This document shows, piece by piece, positions 28,142-37,568 of a stretch of 64,000 nucleotides of DNA. Origin of the DNA: Anaerolineae bacterium (lineage in GTDB: Bacteria; Chloroflexota; Anaerolineae; Promineifilales; Promineifilaceae); assembly GCA_023384415.1 (NCBI GenBank), contig JAHDWJ010000014.1:43943-107942 (forward strand). Reading direction: 5' to 3'. Made by a program: the position numbers and the translations under genes. How positions within the stretch are numbered: position 1 is the stretch's first letter; every line of letters begins with the position of its first letter. The notes below the pieces were generated by a model. The model was given only the letters and a program-made list of their open reading frames with translations, was not told where the DNA came from and did not search any database.

Positions 28142-31063
28142 TTATTTGCGCCGTTTGCCCAGGTATTTGAGGATAACCAGGGTGATGTCATCAAATTGGG
28201 CGGTCTCGCCAACGTGGGTGCTGATGGCTTCGGTGATGGATTGCAGCATGGTAGAGGCGGATTTTTGATGACTTGCGGCCGCGACTATTTGCAGCCGGCT
28301 GATCCCAAACTCATTGTACGTTTCATCAATCGCTTCGGTGATACCATCGGTGTAAAAGATGAGGCTGTCTTGCGGCCGCAGCCGAATCTCATGCCGCTCT
28401 ATCTCAATTGGATCTACTACCCCCAGGGCTACCCCACTTCCTTTAAGCTGGCTAATGCGGCCATCGCCTCGTATGAGCAGAGGCGGATTGTGCCCTCCAT
28501 TAGCGTAAGTCAAGGTCTGATGGGCTGGATCCCATATGGCGTAAAACACCGTCACAAACAGGTCAGAGTAGGAATCATTGCAGATAATTTGGTTAGCGCG
28601 GAGCAATGTTTCTACCGGATCGGTGCGGCTAAAGGCAACTGCCCGGATAATAGTACGACACAGGGCCATAAACAGGGCCGCTCCAAACCCTTTATCTGCC
28701 ACATCAGCGATGACAATGCCCCACCGCCCTTCTTGTAAGGGCACAAAATCATAAAAGTCGCCGCTGACCTGCCGGGCGGGCTGCCAGTAACTAACTACAT
28801 CCAGGAAGGGGATGTCCGGGCTTTTTTCGGGCATGAGGCTGCTCTGAATGCGCCGGGCCACATCTAACTCCCGCTCCAGGCGGCTCCGTTCCGCCGATTC
28901 CCGGTATAGTTGGTCATTCATCACCGCCGTGGCGGCCTGGTGGGCGATGCCAGCCAAAATTTGCAGCCGCCGACCGGTAAGGGGGCGACCATTGGCGGTG
29001 GGGCCAATAAGCAAGGCCCCCACCAGATTGCTGCGGGCATGGAGCATGAAGGTCTCCGCCTGCTCACTGCCGATGATCTCACTTAACCATTTGGGCAGCC
29101 GGATGGTGTAATAAGCTGTGCCTGGGTTTAAGCTGTCCTCTTCATGGGGATGCACAGCGACAAATTCACCCCATTCAATTGCCTGGGCCTCGATGATGCC
29201 GCGCCCCATTTCGCTGAGGCCATAGCTGGGGCCGCAGTGGAACATCTCCGTTTCTTCGTCCCATATCAGGATGAGGCTGGATTGCACGCCTACGAGCATG
29301 GGGATGAAGCGGACGATGGTATCTAAAATTTCGTTGAGTTCGATCAAGCTGTTGACCGTTTCGGCGACGCGGAGCAGGGCGGTGTTTACCCATGCTTCCT
29401 CTTGTTGGGCCTGTTGTAATTGGTCGTTGGCGATGGTTTGGGCCGTCTGGCTGGCGATGTTTCGCAGCAGCTCTAGCTGACGGGGGGGCAGGCCAACCTG
29501 TTCTCGCCCTTCGTGGTCACGTGGGCAGGGTAGGGTGACGACAAGCTGGCCGAGGGTTTGATTTTTAGCGATCAGGGGAAAGAGGCTGGTCTCCTGATTG
29601 GCTGATTCGGTCGGCCAGGGGGGTGGTTTATGGGTCGTGAGTGGTTCCTGGCCGACGTGGGCCGCGTCCAGGGTAGGCCAATGGCCGATGGGGAAGGGGC
29701 CGGGCTGAGTATCTGGGGGTAAGCCAAACTGCGCGGCCGCGACATATTGTTCCATCTCCTCATCCCAAATCAGTACCAGACATTGGGCCACCCCCAGCAG
29801 CATGGGGGTGAGGCGGGCTACGGTCGCGGCCGCGTCATCTATGCTGTCGGTATGGCTTAACGCTTCCGCCATTTGCAGTTGGGCGGTAGTCAGCCATGCC
29901 TGCTCCCGCTGAACGCTGATCTGCCGGGCCCGATGGATGGCGGTAGCCACTCCGGCCGCCAGCACTTCGAGGACCATCTGATCTTGGGGGGTGAAGGCGT
30001 TGACATCCCGTGCTTGTACATCCAAAAGCCCCAGCAGCTCATTTTCAATCAACAGGGGAATGACCATCTCCGCATGGGTGCCGGCCAAGATTTCATCCAG
30101 TGAAGGATCGCCAGATATGCCGATATAACGCTCATCTCTGGTGGTGTTATTGCTAATGACTGTCTGCTGGCTGAGTAGAGCCAGGCCGATCAACCCTTGC
30201 CCAGGGTTGATCCGCATCTGGTTGGTTTTAACCTGGGGAGAACTGGAGGCCTTAAAAACGGCCTGATGGGTCTCTGGGTCAAGGGCGAGAATGGAGACCA
30301 GTTGAAAATCAAACTGCTCCCGGGTGAGGTGGACGACCTCGGCGAAAATCTCATCTAAATCCTGAATGGCGTTGACTTTTCGGGCGATTTCGCCTACTAA
30401 TTCCAGTTGAGCGGCTCGTTTACGTTCAGCGGCATAGAGGTAGGCGTTGGCGATAGCGGCCGCAGCCTGGTTGGCCAAAATCATGAGGCGGCGCATATCC
30501 TCTTCATTAAAGCGGTTAGGCTGGCTGCTTTGGGCAGCCATGATGCCGATGGCCCGCTCGTTGCTGACCAGGGGGATGAAGATGGCGGAGCGGGGGGGGG
30601 AATGGCTGATGTAACGCGGCCGCGCCGGTAAACTGTCTAGCTCTTTCTGAAAATCTCGGACCAGGAGGGGCTTGTTTTCCTGCCGCACCCAGCCCACCAC
30701 CCCCATATTTTCGCTCAGATCAAAGGTCTGGTGCTTTTGTGGCTCATCGTTGATTGTCCAGTAGACGATATGATACAGGTTGTCCTCAAACAGCCCAATC
30801 TGGAAGGTGCGGTTATCAATAACTGTCCCAACTTCGTGGGCGATTAGCTTCACCAATTCATCTAAATCAATTTGGGCGGCCACAATGGCCTGACCAGCCT
30901 GGCTTAATTTGCTGAGTTCATCAATTTGCTGCACTAGCAGGCGCCGGGAACGGGAGCGGCGCCATAAGATCGCGGCCGCTAACGATATAGCTGCTGCCAA
31001 AATGAGCCACCAAACAATTGAGGTATACTCGCTTGATTTCGGTTGGAAAATTTCCCACAGCAT
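28142..31063 (-). CDS. Membrane-anchored multi-GAF PP2C/SpoIIE-type Ser phosphatase (RsbU-like)
   Basis: N-terminal TM segment and several GAF-like modules. C-terminal SpoIIE motifs: PARQVSGDFYDF, GIVIADVADKGFGAALFMA, GGHNPPLL, DSLIFYTDGITEA. Confidence 0.85.
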   Translation of the reverse strand: MLWEIFQPKSSEYTSIVWWLILAAAISLAAAILWRRSRSRRLLVQQIDELSKLSQAGQAIVAAQIDLDELVKLIAHEVGTVIDNRTFQIGLFEDNLYHIVYWTINDEPQKHQTFDLSENMGVVGWVRQENKPLLVRDFQKELDSLPARPRYISHSPPRSAIFIPLVSNERAIGIMAAQSSQPNRFNEEDMRRLMILANQAAAAIANAYLYAAERKRAAQLELVGEIARKVNAIQDLDEIFAEVVHLTREQFDFQLVSILALDPETHQAVFKASSSPQVKTNQMRINPGQGLIGLALLSQQTVISNNTTRDERYIGISGDPSLDEILAGTHAEMVIPLLIENELLGLLDVQARDVNAFTPQDQMVLEVLAAGVATAIHRARQISVQREQAWLTTAQLQMAEALSHTDSIDDAAATVARLTPMLLGVAQCLVLIWDEEMEQYVAAAQFGLPPDTQPGPFPIGHWPTLDAAHVGQEPLTTHKPPPWPTESANQETSLFPLIAKNQTLGQLVVTLPCPRDHEGREQVGLPPRQLELLRNIASQTAQTIANDQLQQAQQEEAWVNTALLRVAETVNSLIELNEILDTIVRFIPMLVGVQSSLILIWDEETEMFHCGPSYGLSEMGRGIIEAQAIEWGEFVAVHPHEEDSLNPGTAYYTIRLPKWLSEIIGSEQAETFMLHARSNLVGALLIGPTANGRPLTGRRLQILAGIAHQAATAVMNDQLYRESAERSRLERELDVARRIQSSLMPEKSPDIPFLDVVSYWQPARQVSGDFYDFVPLQEGRWGIVIADVADKGFGAALFMALCRTIIRAVAFSRTDPVETLLRANQIICNDSYSDLFVTVFYAIWDPAHQTLTYANGGHNPPLLIRGDGRISQLKGSGVALGVVDPIEIERHEIRLRPQDSLIFYTDGITEAIDETYNEFGISRLQIVAAASHQKSASTMLQSITEAISTHVGETAQFDDITLVILKYLGKRRK

Positions 31064-31078
31064 GATTCGTTTGGACTC

Positions 31079-31444
31079 CTACTTTTCTTGCACCGAATCA
31101 CCTGTTTTCAGCAAATCTGTTTGGGCTTCGCGGCTGGTTGGATAAATCTGGAACACTTTATCAAAACCAACCATGCTGAAGATCTCTTTAAGCCGGTGGT
31201 TGAGACCGCAAAGCCACAAATTGCCCCCTTTTTCTCTGGCTTTACGCCATGCGCCAACCAGGCAGCGCAGTCCGGCACTGTTGACATAATCTACCCGGGA
31301 TAAATCAATAACCAACCGATTTTGTTGTTCCTGGATGAGTTGGGTTAGCTCATTTTCTAATAAAGGTGCCTGCTCTTGATCCAGGCGGCCGCTAATCTCT
31401 ACCAACCATAATGTCTCATCGAGGGTACTCAGTTTGATGCTCAT
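31079..31444 (-). CDS. STAS-domain anti-sigma-factor antagonist
   Basis: VIDLSRVDYVNSAGLRCLVGAW (conserved phospho-Ser context), and GLNHRLKEIFSMVGFDKVFQIY. Confidence 0.85.
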   Translation of the reverse strand: MSIKLSTLDETLWLVEISGRLDQEQAPLLENELTQLIQEQQNRLVIDLSRVDYVNSAGLRCLVGAWRKAREKGGNLWLCGLNHRLKEIFSMVGFDKVFQIYPTSREAQTDLLKTGDSVQEK

Positions 31445-31538
31445 GTGCTGCCTACTTTGGGTTACCGAAAGCGACGGAAAAATCGAGGAGGAATGATGGA
31501 ATAACTACTTTTCACCTTCTGGCGTTTGTTTTCCACGC

Positions 31539-31973
31539 TTAAAGTTTTTTAATCATAATGAGTTGATTCCCCTTTTCTTTGTCAAAAGCAAAAATCACCT
31601 CATCCATCAATTTTTTCATAAAGTGAAGTCCCAAACCCCCCACTTTAAGATCATCTAAATTATCCAGATTTTGTAACTCTTGGGTCGAAAGGGGTAAGGG
31701 TACTTGATCCGGATCAAAGGATTGGCCCTGGTCTGTGAAGATAATCGTGAAATTATGGGCATTTATCTGCCAGGTCACTTCTATAGGGCCGCTGTTTTCC
31801 TGGCCATAGGCATGTTCGATGATATTGGTACAGGCCTCATCACAGGCCAATTCAATGTGAAAAATGTCATCTTCATCTAACCGGGCCGCTTTAGCCCCTT
31901 CGGCGACAAATTCACATATAAGTCGAATCTGATCATAACGTCCTGGAACCTTCAGGCTTTTTTGTTGGCTCAT
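31539..31973 (-). CDS. Anti-sigma regulatory factor, HATPase_c Ser kinase (RsbW/SpoIIAB-like)
   Basis: ELACDEACTNIIEHAY (N-box) and GGLGLHFMKKLMDEV (G-box). Confidence 0.8.
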   Translation of the reverse strand: MSQQKSLKVPGRYDQIRLICEFVAEGAKAARLDEDDIFHIELACDEACTNIIEHAYGQENSGPIEVTWQINAHNFTIIFTDQGQSFDPDQVPLPLSTQELQNLDNLDDLKVGGLGLHFMKKLMDEVIFAFDKEKGNQLIMIKKL

Positions 31974-32035
31974 GGGTGTATTTGCATGGGGGTAAATGGT
32001 CTGTGGTGTTGGGGATTGTGCTGCGAATGTGGTTT

Positions 32036-32069
32036 AGAGTTGACAACTTTGTGAAAAGTTGTCAACTCT
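32036..32069. promoter_or_regulatory. Perfect 14-bp inverted repeat containing TTGACA on both strands
   Basis: AGAGTTGACAACTT tgtgaa AAGTTGTCAACTCT, between the STAS and kinase genes. Confidence 0.5.
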
Positions 32070-32176
32070 GAGCGGAACTTACTTTATAAGCGATTACTTA
32101 GCAGGAGTCATGAGGAGTTTGGTCACGAATCTCACAAATTGACTCGTGGTAATTTGTGACCAAAAATTCTGGCGGC

Positions 32177-32509
32177 TTAGAAATCACCAACTGCGGCCGT
32201 ATCATCCTCATAAATTTGGAACAAGGTATGCAGGCCGGCCAATTCCAGCACTTCCCGCACCCGGTCTGAGGGTTGGGAGAGATGGACATTGCCACCGCTT
32301 TTCTTGGCGGCACGCAGGGCCGTGACGATAGCCCGCAGCCCGGCACTGCTCATATAGTCAACCTGGGATAGGTTCAGGACCAGTTGGTGTCGATCCTGGT
32401 CAGCCAACTGTTTGAGGGTTTCGTCTAATTCTGGGGCATTGCTGCTGTCAATGCGGCCGCTTACCTCAATCAAATCCACACGTTTGAATGATTCAACTTT
32501 GATAGCCAC
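32177..32509 (-). CDS. STAS-domain anti-sigma-factor antagonist (second copy)
   Basis: VLNLSQVDYMSSAGLRAIVTAL. GTG at 32509 is preceded by AGGAGG with a 5-nt spacer; the longer ORF N-terminus is unlikely to be translated. Confidence 0.8.
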   Translation of the reverse strand: MAIKVESFKRVDLIEVSGRIDSSNAPELDETLKQLADQDRHQLVLNLSQVDYMSSAGLRAIVTALRAAKKSGGNVHLSQPSDRVREVLELAGLHTLFQIYEDDTAAVGDF

Positions 32510-32661
32510 GGGTTCCTCCTGTAAACTCAGTAACAAAAATCGGCCTTTTGGGGATTTAAGGGGGTGCCAGTTTGTGATGCGTGACCAGAGAAATCTCACG
32601 TATCACCTTTCGCGCATCACCATAACATGGGCATTATACCAATGACGGGACTTAGGGCAAC

Positions 32662-33819
32662 ATGTATGAAATAGCGGCCTTGACTGAATTGTTGAAAGAA
32701 GAAGCCCGCCGGTTGGGGTTTAACCGGGTGGGGGTAATCGCGGCCGCGCCCGGTCAGCGGCTGGTGGCCTATCTGGATTGGTTGCAGCGGCAATATCATG
32801 GGGAGATGGGGTACCTGGCCCGCCCAGATAGAATAGCCCGCCGACAAGACCCGGCCCTGATTTTGCCCGGCATCCAGAGCATCGTCTGTGTAGGGCTAGA
32901 TTATTATACGGTGACGCCACCCCCGGAAATAACGGCTGATCCGGCCCGCGGCCGCATCTCCAATTATGCCTGGCAGGTAGATTACCATGAGGTGATGACC
33001 CCCCGTCTGGAGCAGTTGAGTCGCTGGCTGCAAATGATGAGCGGCCGCAACGCGGTGCAATCACGGGCCTATGTGGACACCGGGGCGATTCTAGAGCGGG
33101 ATCACGGGGAGCAGGCTGGGCTGGGATTTACCGGTAAAAACACAATGCTCATTGATCCCCGTCGGGGGTCCTGGTTTTTCCTGGGGGAGCTGCTGACCAC
33201 CATCTCCCTACAACCAGATGAGCCGAAACGGATGCCGGGCTGCGGCCGCTGCACCCGCTGCCTGACTGCCTGCCCCACCGATGCTTTCCCGGCCCCCTAC
33301 CAGCTAGATGCCCGCCGCTGTATCTCTTATCTGACCATTGAGCTAAAAGGGTGGATTCCCCGGGACCTGCGGCCGCTCATGGGGAACTGGATTTATGGCT
33401 GTGATGTGTGCCAGGACGTGTGCCCGTTTAACCGGTTTGCCCCGGAGACGGTTGAGCCTGTTTTTAAGCCGCTGGGGTGGGACGCGGCCGCGCCGCCGCT
33501 GCTAGAGCTGTTGACCTTGGATGAGGCCAGGTTCCAGACCCGGTTTGCCCACAGCCCGATCCAACGGATCAAGCGCGGCCGCTTCCTGCGTAATGTGTGT
33601 GTGGCGGTGGGCAATTGGGGGGATGCGGCCGCTGTTCCTCACCTGGCCTCTCTGCTTGCCGACTCTGACCCGCTGGTGCGGGGCCATGCCGCCTGGGCCT
33701 TGGGGCAAATAGGGGGTGAGGTGGCGCGTGATCTGTTACAGGGGAGTGCGGCCGCGGAGAGTGATCCCCATGTCCAACAGGAAATCCACCTGGCGATTCA
33801 CCCCGCGAATCACCAATAA
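32662..33819 (+). CDS. queG: tRNA epoxyqueuosine(34) reductase with C-terminal HEAT repeats
   Basis: CGRCTRCLTACPTDAF and CDVCQDVCPFNRF ferredoxin-type clusters; N-terminal GFNRVGV...YLDW. Confidence 0.9.
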   Translation: MYEIAALTELLKEEARRLGFNRVGVIAAAPGQRLVAYLDWLQRQYHGEMGYLARPDRIARRQDPALILPGIQSIVCVGLDYYTVTPPPEITADPARGRISNYAWQVDYHEVMTPRLEQLSRWLQMMSGRNAVQSRAYVDTGAILERDHGEQAGLGFTGKNTMLIDPRRGSWFFLGELLTTISLQPDEPKRMPGCGRCTRCLTACPTDAFPAPYQLDARRCISYLTIELKGWIPRDLRPLMGNWIYGCDVCQDVCPFNRFAPETVEPVFKPLGWDAAAPPLLELLTLDEARFQTRFAHSPIQRIKRGRFLRNVCVAVGNWGDAAAVPHLASLLADSDPLVRGHAAWALGQIGGEVARDLLQGSAAAESDPHVQQEIHLAIHPANHQ

Positions 33820-33844
33820 CGTAAGCAATTATGCGTGACATTCT

Positions 33845-33937
33845 CAGTAAAACGTGTAACCTTCGGAAGGTTTGGTCCAAGAGCTTGTCCATCACAGAAA
33901 CCTTCCGAAGGTTCGCCCCAACTTATTGAGAAGATAC
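33845..33937 (+). repeat. Family-1 hairpin element, copy B (93 bp)
   Basis: About 90% identical (84/93 by hand) to the reverse complement of 59101-59193. Contains AACCTTCGGAAGGTT (33858) and AACCTTCCGAAGGTT (33899), 41 nt apart. Confidence 0.85.
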
Positions 33938-33951
33938 GGTTATGCCAACTA

Positions 33952-33986
33952 AAAAGGGGCTGGATCACCTTGATCCAGCCCCTTTT
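33952..33986. terminator. Bidirectional intrinsic terminator between convergent queG and the adhesin gene
   Basis: AAAAGGGGCTGGATCA cct TGATCCAGCCCCTTTT. Confidence 0.8.
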
Positions 33987-34118
33987 CTATTGCGTCACTA
34001 TCTTTTCCATAACCGTTGGTTTATTGGTTGCACTTGTCGAAACCAACCGCCTTAGACAAGAGCGGAATCCGTTAGTTGGGAACTATTGCGAGAATAGCAG
34101 CCTATCAACCCAAGACGG

Positions 34119-37100
34119 CTAAGGGATGATAAAGAACCCGTTGATCAGTTCACCAGCCAGCCCACTAACATTGTTGGTATTGGTTCCACCAATGAAATAA
34201 CGTGGGTTGATAAACGTGCCCGTTGTTGTTGCTCCAAGTTGGTTCGGGATAAAGATGCCAATATCATTACCCAAACCTGTTAACGTGGTACTACTGTGGG
34301 AGACGGTAAAGTTGCCAAAGGTACTAAAGTAGACATGTCCCTGACTATTTAGCCAGAACGCCACAATGTTTTCAGCCGCATTGTTTGCATCGAAGCCAAT
34401 ATCAGAACCATCTATGAACCATGAATAATATCCTGTCGTTGGATTGAAAAGAACAATATCCTCATCATTCGCGTCAATATTTTGAGTGGCTGAAGATGGC
34501 ACTCGCATATTGCCTACCGTTGAGATGAGAATGGTTCCAGTTGACTGAACAAAGAACCCGTCAATGTATTCCAGGCGGCCATTGGAAGTATCTCCTAGCC
34601 CATATTGGGAACCATCAAAGAACATACTGAAACTGCCACTTGTGTTGGTTCCCAGGCTGGTGGGGGTAAAGCGGACAATATCTTCAGGATTGTAAGTATT
34701 GCCGCCATGATTAAACAGGTTGGCGAAGGTCATCAAAATTGTGCCATCGGGCAGCAGTTGGAAATCCTGAAGATTTTGCCCTACGCCAACATCTGAGCCA
34801 TCAAAGAATAAGCTGTATCCCCCGTTGACAAAGAGAACAATATCTTCGTCATTAACCCCACCTAAAGGGACGCCGTTCGGGCCAGTGATGGTGTTGTTGT
34901 CATCATTCAGCGTCAGCAGCAGGCCGCTCAGGGTGCTGAACTCCAGATAATCGTAGGTGGCCCCGGTGTTAATAACGTTGAGTTGAACGGTGTGCTGCCC
35001 GGCAGTTAAATACATGCCTGTCACCAGGATATTGCTGTAATTGCCGGCCCCCCCGTTGGGGACAGCGTAAGGGCCATAGGTACCGATGCCATTGAGCAGC
35101 AGGCTAAATTGAGCGTTATTGGTGTTCGCGGCCGCGCGCACCGTCACATTATAAAAGCCAGGGGTCGCCACATTGATCCTATAGCGCAGCCATTCCCCAT
35201 TGGCCGTTGCCCCCACAAAAACCCCATTGCTGGTGCCGCCGCTGAACAGATCAACCGACTCCCAGAACCGGTAAGAAGAGGTGCCCTGATTGCCGGGGGT
35301 CGTATCATTGTACCCGGTTGCCTGGCCACCACAGGTGAAATTCTCAGCTTCTACCCGGCCGGGCACATTGTACGGGCCAAATGAACATTCATCATCAATG
35401 ATGTTCAGAACCGCCGTCGTTTGTACCCCAAGCTGCCCATTCACCGGGTTAGAAAGGGCGAGATTAACCGTTTTGAACGGGGGGCCAGCAATGGTGTTGT
35501 TGATGATAGGGATGGAGAAAGTGCCACTGTTTTGGCCGGCGGGGATAGTGAGCGTACCGCTGGTGGCAGTATAGTCTGCCCCAGCAATGGCTGTGCCATT
35601 GCTAGTAGCATAGTTGACCGAAACCGGCTGGCTAACCACCGACCCCAGGTCTACGGTAATAATCGCCTGGCCGTCATTTTCGAATACCACATAGCTGCTA
35701 TTGTTAAATTGGATAGTGGTACCAGATGTCGTTTGCACCTGGATATAATCAAAGTACGCGCCGCCATTCACAATTTCCAGGCGCAAAATACGCGGCCCCT
35801 GGCTGAAAACAACCCAGGGGACGGTAATATTTTGGAAACTGAATGTATTGCCGGTATTGGGGACTTGAATTGGGTTGGCCGTCACGGAGACCCCATCTAC
35901 CAAAAGTCGGAACGATGCCCCATTCACATCAGAAGCGGCCCGGACAATGACATCGTAAGGAGAAGAGACGGCCACATTGACATCATAATGCAGCCATTCC
36001 CCGGCCACTGTCCAGCCTAGATCAATCCCCCCCGTCTGGGCGTTGGCCCGCAAATCTACGCCAGGGGCATCTACGACCCGGTAAGGGGAATTCCCTTGAT
36101 TTACCTCATCAATATCAAAATGGGTCACCCCTCTGGCCCCACACATGAAGTTTTCCACTTCAATGCGCGTGGGGATGGCGTGAGGGCCATAAGCGCAATC
36201 ATCGTCAATAATCGTGACCGTCACCGGGTTATTGCCTACAATCGGGATGTTAGGCGGCTGCGGATTGGAGAGACGAACGCTGAAAAATTCCTCCCATTCA
36301 TGGAGATTGTCATTGGTGATGGGAACGGTGATGATGCGATTTGTCACTCCCGGCGAGAAAGTGACTACCCCTTGACTGTGGGTGTAATCCCCTGGGGCAA
36401 AAGCGGTGCCTGGCTCAGTCTGGTACTCTACTGTTACCTGGGTGCTGTAGCTTCGGCTCAACTGAACGTAAAGGAGGGCAGTGCCCTGGTTCTCATTAAC
36501 GATGTAATTGGTGGCCGTGAAGGTAATGGTGGGGGCCGTTTCATCATCAATGATGGTCACGGGGACAGGGTTTGTCCCACTGATAGTTGATCCCGGGGGG
36601 GTGGGGTTGCTCAGGACGATAGAGAAATTAGCATCGCCTTCGGCCAGGCTGTTATTACAAATCTGGATGGTGATGGTTTGTTCATTAACGCCTGAGGGGA
36701 AGTTCAAGGTGCCGCTTTGAGTGACATACCGTATACCCCCGCTGCAGCTGCTTCCCCCAGTGGCGGTGCCATTTTGGGTGGTAAAGGCCACGGACGCGGC
36801 CGCGTTATACATCCGATCCATTCGCACGACAACTTGCAAAGGACCCTGGTTTTCTTCCACCAGATAAACCGATTCCGCAAACGAAAAGGCCGGGGGAACA
36901 TCATCATCCAAGATAGTCAGGGTGGCATCGGGTCCCACATTAGAGATATTGGCATTGCTCAACCGTAAGATGACCGTTTCATCTGGCTCAATTTCCGTGT
37001 CCTGCAAAATGGTGATGGTGAACTGCCCATTGGTTTGCCCTTGGGGAATGGTCACCGTTGTATTGACCGGCTCATAATCTGCCCCGGCAGTGGCCGTCCC

Positions 37101-37448
37101 ATCTACACTAGAAACAGTCACCACGACATCCTGGTAAAATTCATATGATAAGGACAGGAATAATGTGACCGTACCCTGGGCTTCACTAACAGTGGGGCTG
37201 GCGTTGGTGAAAGAGATGGTGGGAGCTGGTCGTGGCGTAAAATGACCCCCAATAGGGCCAATCTCGGGCGGGGCCAGGGGTGCCCGTTCCACAAATCGTC
37301 TGAAGGTATCTTCAATTGTAGGCCACAGAAGGGACAAAATTAAAACTACGGCCATACCCACCAAAAGTAGGATGACGGCATACTCAATGAAGCCCTGGCC
37401 GGCCTGCCGGGTAAAGCGTCGTTTGGGGGAATGGTTGTGTTTGAACAC
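34119..37448 (-). CDS. Giant Flp-type-leader protein with several Calx-beta-like and CBM-like domains (adhesin-like)
   Basis: N-terminus RQAGQGFIEYAVILLLVGMAVVLIL fits the Flp G-x4-EY prepilin motif plus a hydrophobic helix. Repeated GTATAGADY...TV.IP.GQ..G.F.I.I modules are Calx-beta-like. Two EVENF/EAENFxCGG modules are CBM-like. GTG start with AAGGAAGG upstream. Confidence 0.7.
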   Translation of the reverse strand: MFKHNHSPKRRFTRQAGQGFIEYAVILLLVGMAVVLILSLLWPTIEDTFRRFVERAPLAPPEIGPIGGHFTPRPAPTISFTNASPTVSEAQGTVTLFLSLSYEFYQDVVVTVSSVDGTATAGADYEPVNTTVTIPQGQTNGQFTITILQDTEIEPDETVILRLSNANISNVGPDATLTILDDDVPPAFSFAESVYLVEENQGPLQVVVRMDRMYNAAASVAFTTQNGTATGGSSCSGGIRYVTQSGTLNFPSGVNEQTITIQICNNSLAEGDANFSIVLSNPTPPGSTISGTNPVPVTIIDDETAPTITFTATNYIVNENQGTALLYVQLSRSYSTQVTVEYQTEPGTAFAPGDYTHSQGVVTFSPGVTNRIITVPITNDNLHEWEEFFSVRLSNPQPPNIPIVGNNPVTVTIIDDDCAYGPHAIPTRIEVENFMCGARGVTHFDIDEVNQGNSPYRVVDAPGVDLRANAQTGGIDLGWTVAGEWLHYDVNVAVSSPYDVIVRAASDVNGASFRLLVDGVSVTANPIQVPNTGNTFSFQNITVPWVVFSQGPRILRLEIVNGGAYFDYIQVQTTSGTTIQFNNSSYVVFENDGQAIITVDLGSVVSQPVSVNYATSNGTAIAGADYTATSGTLTIPAGQNSGTFSIPIINNTIAGPPFKTVNLALSNPVNGQLGVQTTAVLNIIDDECSFGPYNVPGRVEAENFTCGGQATGYNDTTPGNQGTSSYRFWESVDLFSGGTSNGVFVGATANGEWLRYRINVATPGFYNVTVRAAANTNNAQFSLLLNGIGTYGPYAVPNGGAGNYSNILVTGMYLTAGQHTVQLNVINTGATYDYLEFSTLSGLLLTLNDDNNTITGPNGVPLGGVNDEDIVLFVNGGYSLFFDGSDVGVGQNLQDFQLLPDGTILMTFANLFNHGGNTYNPEDIVRFTPTSLGTNTSGSFSMFFDGSQYGLGDTSNGRLEYIDGFFVQSTGTILISTVGNMRVPSSATQNIDANDEDIVLFNPTTGYYSWFIDGSDIGFDANNAAENIVAFWLNSQGHVYFSTFGNFTVSHSSTTLTGLGNDIGIFIPNQLGATTTGTFINPRYFIGGTNTNNVSGLAGELINGFFIIP

Positions 37449-37505
37449 GGAGACCTTCCTTATGAGATAAATAATGAATATGAATAGAATTCAGGATTTC
37501 CCATC

Positions 37506-37538
37506 AACCCTGACAAGTCTCAGAGACCTGTCAGGGTT
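37506..37538. other. 10-bp stem hairpin between the TadG-like and adhesin genes
   Basis: AACCCTGACA (13-nt loop) TGTCAGGGTT. Confidence 0.4.
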
Positions 37539-37568
37539 TGTTTCCGATGATCTCTAATGAAATCTGTA

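Noticed and set aside
33835-34122. A 95-aa + strand ORF between queG and the adhesin gene.
   Set aside because: It is composed of the family-1 repeat element and the bidirectional terminator hairpin, with no coding signal.
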